DNA of 60,155 bases, counting the filler, from Sphacelaria rigidula (lineage: Eukaryota), in assembly GCA_964200075.2 (NCBI GenBank). It is 5 parts of 5 records of this genome, joined end to end, with 100 filler letters (N's around TTAATTAATTAA, not from the genome) between each part and the next. Parts side by side here need not be neighbours in the genome. Positions count along the whole stretch, not along the records: positions 48,209 to 60,155 come from CAXNAA020004299.1; 4 more parts are not named here. One strand, written 5' to 3'. Under the pieces are notes generated by a model. The model saw only the letters and a list, made by a program, of their open reading frames with translations. It did not search any database and was not told where the DNA came from. Made by a program: the position numbers and the translations under genes. Below, piece after piece: positions 50,659-60,155 of this stretch (position 1 is the first letter of the stretch; each line of letters starts with the position of its first letter).

Positions 50659-53600
50659 TCACAACCGTTGAAGGAGTTCCCCCAGCTGCTCTGCCTTATA
50701 CACCTTGAAGCCGTCCTTCATTGTCACACTCGCCACTTCCACATTTTCCACATTTATCTTTTCCTCCATAACCTGGCAGTTTTTTTTTGTCGTTTAATGA
50801 CAACCAAACAGGGTAGAGACGAAGCGAACATAACAGCCATCCAACGTGATGAATTGAAGAGTAACGATTTCAGTGAACATGCAAAAAGCGAAGAGTAATG
50901 GCCTAGAAAAGATATACCTTCTCGTTTTTTGCCCAAGAAAGGGACGAAAACAGATCGGAAACGCGAAAACAGCAAAACACACGATCTCAACCGATTTCCC
51001 TCCGAATTCTTCACGCACAGCAATCGGGGGTCTCCTCGACAACCTCCACAAAAAACGGAAGAAAAAAATAGTATTTTAGTCGCGAGATATGACCATGCGC
51101 AGAGGAACATCTCGACAGACAGAAACCACTATCCCTTTTTAGGCCGAATTTCGGCCAGGTATAACTGATCTAGCAATCATTTTTCAATCGTACCTTTTGT
51201 GGGCCAGCATTTGGCCAAGAAAGTGCCTGTCCTGGGGCATCGCTTCCCACACTGAACCTGATGCGGCACACTGCGCGCAAGGGAATCTACGCGCAAACTC
51301 CAACCATGACACCCACACATTCGGCAGCGTGCCGCGTCAGGTAGAGTGTGGGAAGCGATGGCTCAGGACAGGTACTTTTTTGGCCCACCGGTGGCCCAGA
51401 TAAGGTACGGTTGAAAAATGATTCTTAGATCAAGTATACCTGGCCGAAATTTGGCCTAGAAAGGGGAAGTGGTTTCTTGAGGCGAAACGTCCTTCTGTGC
51501 ATGGCCATATCTCGCGAGTACATGTTTTTTTCCGGGGGGGGGTTTCGAGGCCCGAGTGCCGAAGAGTCCCATGATAGCTGTGCATGAAAAATTCGGAGCG
51601 AAATCGCTTTAGATTGTGGGTTTCGCTGTTTTCGCATTTCTGGTCATTTTTCGTACATTTCTTGGGCGAAAAACGAGAAGGTGTATATTCTCTAGGACAT
51701 TGCCCAAAAGCGAAACACTACGCAACACGCCTACGTGAAAAAAACGCAGGAGAGTAGAGCTCGAACATGGGTTGTTTAACCACAACCAGTAAAATGTTCC
51801 ATGTGGACATTAACCAGTTGAATGGTGATATAATTGTTTGGTCGTCGAGCGGGGAAGCCGCGACCCAAACCTCCCCCCCCCCCTCCCCCAGAAGAGGGGG
51901 CTCTGCTGGAGGCGCCGTGCCGGGAGCACGTTTCGAAGAGATTTGGCTTCACCAGAACTAAAAAATACGTTAAACTTGAGCCAATTTTCAAGGGCTGCAT
52001 GTAGCTTACGTAGCCGGTAACGGCTGATAAAGCCGGTAACGGTATGTAATGATTTGAAACCATTATCCGAAAAATCATATGATCATTACCATATCACCAT
52101 TACAATGATAATGGCCAGTGATGACTGGTATCATTTCCGAGCTCTAAGAGAGAGAGGAAAAGATAAGCTATGACAAGACTACGCTTCGCGTCAGTTTCCA
52201 GTCTAATCAAGCACTCTCACGCGTCGTCATTCTCCTTCAAACTCTCGCCGTGTCCTTCCAATCTCAGATGACATGAGTTGACCAAAAACCTTTTGGTTGA
52301 AAAACGCTGTAAGATATCTCCTACCGAAGCTGTAGTTTAGGTTCATTGCGACTAGATACTGTCAATATTCGAAGTACCTTGGAATATCCCTTCTTCAGCA
52401 ATCATGTCCGAGATATCCTGGACTACTCGGTATTTTTGGCAGCCCATGGCCCAGATACCCCTAGATACCAGACAACGTAAATACCCTGGGTTTTTCGGGG
52501 TGCCCCCTCCCAACTATCTTCGTAACATTGTACACGTGTATTCAATACTACGACGTTCTTCACCCTGCCTTAGAGAAAACACAACGCTAAGGCCGCAGCT
52601 CCTACTCAAGTTTTCCCCATGTAGAGTGAAACAAGGACTGGAACAATAAAGTGTAGAGGAGAGGGCAGCGGGAGGGGTGTCGAAGCAAAGCCATGCAGTT
52701 TGCTGCTCACCTGCTTGAGGGTGGATACTGCCAACGCCTCGGCTTCCGCCAGGGTGAGCGAGTCGCTGTAGCCCTCTTGCAGGGTGCTCTGGGCCCCCTC
52801 GCTGCCGGAGCCGATGGCCTTGCACTTGTAACGCACGAACAGCCCGGATGGGTCACTGAAGAACAGCTGCTTCCGGATCGTGTTCCACAATTACGACGTG
52901 GGAGGGGGGGACAAAAAAGGGGGGACGGCACGATGATATTAGCAGGCAAATCCGCAACACGAGTACAACGAAAAAAATGGGTGCTTGAAGAACAACCCTG
53001 GGTCCCTGCTGAACAGCCACGTTGATATCTTCACCTCTTCACGTTGTTTATAACACGCATGTGTGTATGGAGAACTCGTTCGTTCCTGACAATGCGCTTG
53101 CTACCTGCCTGATCCCCAGGAGGGACTCGCCCTCTCGAGGGTCGATCATCCCCCTGCGAATGATCCAGCCTACATCCAAAAGTCCAGACGCTACAACCAG
53201 AGCACGAGCACTGCCCTAACCGCAGCCGGTTTCCCGTGCGAGCAGTCCTCTCATTTACATTTGGAGGGATCTGACACAAACGACGACGACGAATGCTAAG
53301 AACACACACGCAAACTAAACATTGAAAAAAACGAAACAAAGCAAAAAGCGACGCACTCACGCATAACATCAAAATTGGAAGGGGTGCGAAAGAGCTTGGA
53401 AAGAGACACAGAAACAAGGGATGAGAACGCACGACCAATGTGCGACCAGAACATCGCTCAAAATAGCGCGGCTTTTGATCCGAACATGAATGTGAACACT
53501 CGACAACGCCGTCACCTTCGAAATCCGCACCAGAGAAGACACGACAGATACACACACGGTCGACACCAACTCGTACAACGCACGAAGGTGACGGAACACG

Positions 53601-56600
53601 TGGGTCGATCGACGTGCATTGCACTGAAGAAAAAAAGAAAAAAAAAGTGCACGAAGTACCGCGTATCGTAGACTCCGCAAGAGTCATCCCCCGGCGGTAG
53701 GGCACACGATGGGACGGGACGTGGATCCGACCGATATGTTGCCCAAAAAAGACATGATGGCCCGTGTTACTTGAGGTAGTGAGGAGCTCTCACAGTAAGT
53801 ACCTGGTTGTCGTTCTTGTGGAAATATACAAGCGTTATGTCGGTCGCTCGACGACGTTTCACCTCACCAAACTAGGCGTACAGAAGTATGTCGTTCTGCA
53901 CACAACACGCTGAGGAACCCCATCATTTTGGGCCACAGCTCAATCCTCCATCTCTCCCCAACAACGAAATGACACGACTTCAACCAATACGAAGTACCAT
54001 CACGAGCACCTACAGGCTGAACTGTCCGAGGAGCCGATTTTCCTTCAGTCGGTTTTGACTGGCGATGCATCGCAAATTGTGCCTACTATGATACATTTTG
54101 GTAATCTGCAAATCAACGCGCGTCTTTCACCCCACGTATAGTAGTGGGCGCCTGAAACTTTTCATTTTGTAACTTGTACGTGATTGGCGATTTTCCTAGG
54201 CTCTTTCGCTCACCACCGCCCATCACATTGGGAGTCCAAAGATATTTTTATCCGCTCCTCATTCCGAGAACACAAAATCATCTGTACTCAATATAGAGTG
54301 ACTTACGGGCTGACTGGTCATCGGGGGGTCCTGCCACGTTTCAGTCCAGATTATGACCCTTCGGTATTTTTCGTCGATCGAGCCTGTTCCGATCGTATTT
54401 GTGAGAAAATGTACAGGTTTGTTTTTCAAAAATTCCACCTACTCATTGATTGTACTTGAGCCGAAAAACTGTGTTTCATGGTCGATAGAACCCTCCTGAT
54501 AAACGGGACATCTACTCGTATCGCCCGATAACACCGACTGACACTAACTTGGGCACTGTGTTCTAAGGACGATCTGTTTTATTTCACCAAAGTCTACGGA
54601 CGCTAGCACTTTAAAGTTCTATCGACGAGTAGTACGAGAGTAAAACCCCACAACACAACCCTGAACAGGTCAGGCTCCTACTACTACAGCACTGCGATCC
54701 GACAAGTTCCCATCAAACGAAATATCAAACTGTAGTCAGCTGCGAAGTGTAGAGAGTTGAGGGTGACATGTGCAGCAGATTAAGGAGGGAAAACGGCTGA
54801 AATCGCATTTTCGGTCGCAGTCCGTTGTGCCACGCCCGCAAAGTGGTGGTGCTGCACAAGTTGTGGTTGTAAAATAATGCATGTCGAACTGTAGGCGCGC
54901 AGTGTCTGAGATGGTGGCAGATGAGGCCTCCAGCGCGCCAAGGCGTCTGGTATTGGCGTGCGAACCGGTGAGCAGTGGATGAACAAAGCTTGTAGAGGAT
55001 GTCAAAGTTCCGGTTGAGGTTGTTGCACTCTAAACGCAAGTCAACCGGTTCTCAACAGAACAGCGCGGGTGCGCTGCTCAATTTCGAGCCGTACACCACG
55101 AAATTTCGACACGATGTACAGAAGATATATACAAATCCTGTACTGTTGTCCCTTCACTTTTTAGGGAGATTTGTCGTGAGTGTGGTGAAAATTCGGAACA
55201 GTTTTCTTCGGAACAAAATCTTCGATAGCTCATTGAGACAAAAAAAAAGGCAAAGGGGGGAAATCAGGGTCTTCGACATAGCTCAAGCATATGATGTCAA
55301 AATGAATAGAAAACAACGTGAAATTGGACAGCATAACCGCGGTTCAGAGTTTTCTGTTCCCGTCGTGGCTGGTCCATCCCCCCATAGGAACCGCTTTCCG
55401 ACACCAAAACCAGTTTATACTGCTCAACTTGGGGTCGCTTACTATGAAATTTTGAAACCATGTACAGGACGTAAGTACAAAGACCCCATCTCTCCTCCCC
55501 TGCACTTTTTCCCCCCCGCGAGCTTTTAGCGACGGAATATCATCAGAACAGTTTTTTTCGGAACTAAATCGCAAATAACCCACGAAGAAAAAATATATGT
55601 AGCGCAGAAAAGATCGGGTCTTCGCACATAAGTCCCGTATATCGTCTCGAGATTTCATTGAACACCACCCAAAATTGAGCAGTATAATCGCACTCCGATA
55701 TTCCCCGTCGCGTCTTTGGTGGTGGCCCAGCCTGTAGTAGCAAGTAAAAAGACTCAGCAGCCTGTACGCACCTGAGCTCCTCTATCGTCGCAGCCCGCCA
55801 TAAGAAGCGCCACGCCAAACGGCCGGCTCATGGTCTTTGAGTCCCCTCCCTGCGCATATCGCATGACACACCACCACCACACACACACACACACACATGC
55901 ACAAAATGTGCGTAAACATATGTACATGGGCATTGATACAAGAAGCACGTCTCACCGCTTGCAGGTCCCAAACAACAAGAAAAAGAAAGAGGAAAATAAT
56001 AATAATAATAATAATAACAATACTAACCCCAACCGCACCCCAGGGCGCACGAGACCCTCGGGCAAGGAGGGTGCATAGATTCCCCCAGGCAAAGTGCGCA
56101 TTGGAAGACGTTAAATCGTTGCCGCAGACGCTGATTTCGACAAAAAAACACCTTCTGGACGGGCTGGATCCACTGCTCACTTGCCCCAAACCATACATTT
56201 TTCCAAGTACTTTCTCGAGTCTAAAATCACGTGGTCCATCCCTGTCAACCATTGTGTACTAACATTTCTCTAGGTCTGTTGTTGGGAAGAGTGCTCTTTT
56301 GATGAGTGCGATGATGGAAGACTTCTGACACCAGGAATAAAAATAAAAATAGCATGACAAATGAGTGTTCACTCGACGGACGCCACTGCGTACCACGGCA
56401 CATTTGGCTTTCTGGTTGGAGTCGTTTAGGGGTGACGAAATACGTGACTGTCATTAAGACTCCATACCACACAATACACTTGAGGGATATCTTAGACCCA
56501 GACAGTTTTAAAATATTATTGTATAATGCACTGTACTGTCTGTACTGAACAGTAGCGTCCTCTCCACAAGAGCAGGTACGAAAACGACGATCGATCGATG

Positions 56601-57274
56601 CAGCGGAATAAGTCACGATCGATTACCGCACTTAACCCCACTTCGACGAGTAGCAGTAGCCCGGTTGACTAATACAGTTCCACCAACTCGCTTCACCGAC
56701 AGCTGAGCGGATATCAGTTCCAAAAAAAAAAAAAACAGTTGCAGTTGAACCACAAAGTATTTCATACTTGAATACACAAAATGCTCCTGGTACGATATTT
56801 CACTGTGGTGAAACATCATAAATGTAACGCCCAAATTATTTGATTCGATGCCACCGAGGACTGAGCGTCACATCGCACACGACCTCCCCCTTCCCCCCCT
56901 CCCCCTCCCCGTCTCGAAAGGGATGCGCGGTCAACGTTCAAACGACCAAGGCAAGCAACAAATGAGTACGCCCCTTCCCCCGCAGAAAAATACAAGAGCG
57001 TACAAAGCTACCTACTGGGATGACACACAAAAAATGCACCCATGAACGTACCCCACCATCTCAAACGGCGGTAGGCAAAAGGGAAATAAATGCTCACCTC
57101 GCCGAAGCTAAGCGCTAGGTCGCAAACGGCCTGCGTCAAGGCTTCCACGCGCATGGGCTCGTCGTAGGTGAAACGGTGGTTCTGAGCCTCAACCCGGGCA
57201 TGGTCCACCAGGGTTCGGGCGTCGGCGATAAGTCCACTCATCGCCGCACCGATGTGGGTGTCCACTTCCATGAT
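50659..57274 (-). CDS. PSMA5: 20S proteasome subunit alpha type-5, 5' partial
   Basis: Exons 57274-57098, 55849-55772, 52866-52711 and 50772-50659 (all phase 0) give [41 protein letters not shown]...[13 protein letters not shown]...DPSG...[11 protein letters not shown]...[10 protein letters not shown]...QRL*. The N-terminal exons were not found in the window. Confidence 0.96.
50893..51705. mobile_element. Mutator-like (MULE) non-autonomous element with 9-bp TSD and ~300-bp TIRs
   Basis: AAAAGCGAA at 50884-50892 and 51706-51714. Arms about 50893-51196 and 51402-51705 are diverged reverse complements. Confidence 0.85.
55420..55682. mobile_element. Tc1/mariner-type MITE (TA target), preceded by a partial tandem copy at ~55074-55300
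   Basis: TA|CTGCTCAACTTGGGGT...ACCCAAAATTGAGCAG|TA. GAACAGTTTT(C)TTCGGAAC and GGGTCTTCG motifs are shared with the upstream copy. Confidence 0.7.
55868..56021. repeat. (CA)n and (AAT)n microsatellites
   Basis: CA run at about 55878-55897 and AAT run at about 55995-56021. Confidence 0.85.
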
Positions 57275-58293
57275 CTGACAAAACATACAAGAGTCCGAGC
57301 GGAGGGAGCGAGAGACTTTGAAGGGATGAAGAGCGAAGCCACGCGGAGAGGGTGGACACAATGAAGAGGTTCAGTAGTAGTAGTCTCAAAAAGGTCGTAC
57401 CTTGGTATGACGAGGGGGGGGGCACGAGTTGAGGGTTGGTTTTACACATGCACCGCGATCACGATCCCCTTGTGTTCGCCGCAGGGACGATTCTGGGCAT
57501 CTACTTCCTCCTCCACTCGACCACTGGCATATCTCGTTCTTTCTTGCAAGTACAGGTCCCCAGAAATAAGAAAGAGGTGTACCAGTAGTCGAATGGAGGA
57601 GGAAGTAGATGTACAGAATTGGCCCTGCGGTGAAGCAATAGAGGGTAAAACCCATGTGGTGGGTGGATATCGGCTTGCCGACCGTAGCTAGGGCTTGCGC
57701 CAAGGATCAAGGGCCTTTGAAGCAGAGAGTACATGATAACGCAGAAATGCCGTGAATGCCGAGACAGGTTCTGGGCCCCTAAAAACGGCACCTCGAACAT
57801 ATTCCCAGCACAAAATTGCGGTATGCTCGCAAAACGTACACGTGAGTATATACATCTGGTGAACAAGTGGAGGAAGAGAATTGTGTGTCCTCCTACTGTC
57901 GTGTCTCAGCGCACCTTCGTTGAGTGTTGCTGGCGGTGCTTTGGGGTGGAGGCAAGCGACACACGGCTTGTACCGAACGCCTTGCATGTGCTCGTGCACA
58001 ACGTGTGTAGATGATGACTTACACGGGGGTACAGCACGACCTCATGTTTGTTGTCCCACGCAAAAAGGAACCGCTTACACGGATCACGTTCGGAAGCATT
58101 CGTATCAACATAAATATCAACGTTCACACGGCTTTCACTTGGGGACAGTATATTCCACCACCAGAGTCATATCCGACGTTGCTCCAGATATGCTCGGGCA
58201 TACCTGAACGGGATAGTTTCCCCAAAAACCATGAAATAATTATTGAAAGCCGAACCCCGGTGGTGTTAGTGATTGACTGAATTGATTGACTAA

Positions 58294-59358
58294 GACCCAC
58301 TTTTGTGGCAGGCACGAATCTCGATTTTTTCAAAGTCGGGTGGGGGGGGGGGGGGGGGGAAGGGGGGGACCCCCCGTTTGGAAACGGGTTTGGGCCAAAT
58401 GGGGAGGGAAAAAATCGGGGGGGCACGGCCCCGGAAAAATTNNNNNNNNNNGGGGGGGGGTGGGGAGTGGGGTGGGGTGGGGGGGGTGGGGGTGGGGGGG
58501 GCGGGAGTGGGTGGGGTGGAGAGGGGTAAAATGGGGGAACGCACTGTATGGACACGGATTTGGACCAAATTGGGAGCGAAAAAATCGGAGGGTCACGATC
58601 TCGGAACAATTTCCCCCGACTTTTTCGAAAAAATCGGGCGAAATCGTTCCGAGATCGTGACTTCCCCTCGATTTTTTTGAGGTGAAGTACGTGCATCAAG
58701 GTACGCTGCCAGAGTACGAGGCGTTTGATATTTTTGCAACTGCAGCAGAAGAAGGGCTCGTGACAGCACAGGGCATCCCTGTACTCCCGCCGCAGCTGCT
58801 GAAGCAACTTCGTACGGGGTTTGACAAGCGGATAATAAGTGCTCACGCCGTGCCCTGCGGCGATGGTAATATTTTATGCTGCGCTGCGCTGCGCTGCCAT
58901 ATGTATCACTATAGCGAACGCTACTGTACTCGCCAAGGTGTTGTCGCTGTACTTGCAGGGTGGTGTACAGCACTGCACTACTGAACTCTGTTTGCGCACT
59001 CTGTTCTCTGTTCTCGCAATATCGACTGTTCCATCATGTACTACCACCCGGCATTATCATGTCCTGTACTGAAGTGTCCTGCACTGTATTACCCCAGGGT
59101 ACCAAGGTACGACACTGTACTCGAAGGATTGTTCACCGCCTGCCTGCTCTTCGGCTTCATGCACGAGTACGCAGTACCACACTAATGCAAAAAATGACCG
59201 TCCGTGTACAGAATCGTTTCACAAATCTGTGATACTGTTGTACTGTCTGTGCCAGAAAACGGTCCCCCCGACTTCGAGTCCACGAATTTGAGTCCCTCCG
59301 ATTTTCTTCAAAATCAGGGTCCCAAAAAATCGAGATTCGTTAGCCACAAAAGTGGGTT
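58294..59358. mobile_element. PIF/Harbinger-like non-autonomous element (TAA target)
   Basis: TAA|GACCCACTTTTGTGGC..ACGAATCTCGATTTTTT and AAAAAATCGAGATTCGT..GCCACAAAAGTGGGTT|TAA. The left part includes a low-quality G-rich stretch with Ns. Confidence 0.7.
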
Positions 59359-59587
59359 TAAGTGGTACATGTTAACACCGGTTGGGGCGGAGTAAAGGGT
59401 TCGATTCTCCAGTACATGCAGTTCGGTGCAACTTCCTTCTTAGGTGTTACCTGTTTTTTTGTCCTTGAAAACGTGAAGACGTGTGAAGCAAAAATAATTG
59501 CCCCAAGTCGATGCAGGTGCGGGAGTGCCGACCCAATCCGCGATACTATACATACCAAATTGTTCAAGGGATGAATTCTGTCGGGCA

Positions 59588-59962
59588 TGTGTGTGTGTGT
59601 GTGTGTGTGTGTTGTCATCCTATTTATTCTGGACGTCGGTCGACACCTTTCGGTATATGTCTGGGCGCACCAGCTGGGGTCATACAGGAGGAAGGCAGAC
59701 ACAGTAGATATTTCTTCTTTATTTGTTTCTAAGTCTCCATTCTCCTTCTGCGGTGCTTGTCTTTAATTTTTTATCGCGAGAGGGGTTCAGCAGTCTTTTT
59801 CCCTCGTCGACCGTTGCATCGAATCTTGTGTACCCACGACATACGTAGTCGATCTGCACTGCTGTGTGCTGTGAGAAAAAATCCCAGGTCGCTCCAAGAC
59901 TCGAATCCACGATCCAACTGTCAAGATATTACGAGGTTACCAACTGAGCCACCGGGGCGACC
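59588..59962 (-). mobile_element. Full-length tRNA-derived SINE with (CA)n tail
   Basis: The minus strand begins GGTCGCCCCGGTGGCTCAGTTGG (A box)...GGATTCGAGTC (B box), has a ~290-nt body and ends in about 12 CA units. Partial copies at 23943, 34401 and 49699. Confidence 0.85.
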
Positions 59963-60084
59963 GGTCTCAGGCTGAAATTGGAATATTTGTACAAGTCGGG
60001 CACATGATGATCCGTCTGAAAACTCCTTCCTCTCAGTATACTGCCCCGGATCATGATCCGAATCATTCCCCCCCCCTTGTTCAT

Positions 60085-60155
60085 GGTCCGGCGAGAACCC
60101 GGCGTGCTCCGTCCCGGCTTTGTAGGGGCGGACCCCCGATGGGGTTGGCGTCGCT
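60085..60155 (+). repeat. Head of the dispersed stem-loop repeat, cut by the window end
   Basis: GGTCCGGCGAGAACCCGGCGTGCTCCGTCCCGGCTTTGTAGGGGCGGACC closely matches 24415-24484 (minus). Confidence 0.8.

Noticed and set aside
58335-58535. G-quadruplex cluster or polyproline ORF
   Set aside because: It surrounds an N gap and looks like degraded read-end sequence after homopolymer G runs.

Overview
Eukaryotic, intron-rich genomic DNA. The gene content, long repeat-filled GT-AG introns and repeat families point to a brown alga (Phaeophyceae, stramenopile); this is an inference. The window is not one locus. It is five ~12-kb contigs of decreasing length (1-11954, 12055-24007, 24108-36058, 36159-48108, 48209-60155) joined by 100-nt N44-TTAATTAATTAA-N44 linkers, so nothing should be read across the linkers. 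Genes were spliced by hand. Contig 1: a mitochondrial M16-family MPP-alpha/bc1 core-2-like gene (minus, 3' partial), head-to-head with an Arp2/3 subunit ARPC5 that carries a ~400-aa polyproline N-terminal extension (3' partial). Contig 2: a hypothetical single-pass membrane protein, a flagellar STPG2-like gene and a Peter Pan/SSF1 gene (3' partial). Contig 3: an ankyrin-repeat protein with a ~1100-aa His/Arg/Ser-rich region. Contig 4: a lone eight-exon gene with two divergent HMG boxes and a 1.15-kb palindrome inside its last intron, a candidate for the brown-algal male sex determinant MIN or a relative. Contig 5: proteasome alpha-5 (5' partial). Introns hold a decayed LINE, tRNA-derived SINEs and several non-autonomous TIR elements with 8-bp, 9-bp, TA, TAA and TTAA-like target sites.
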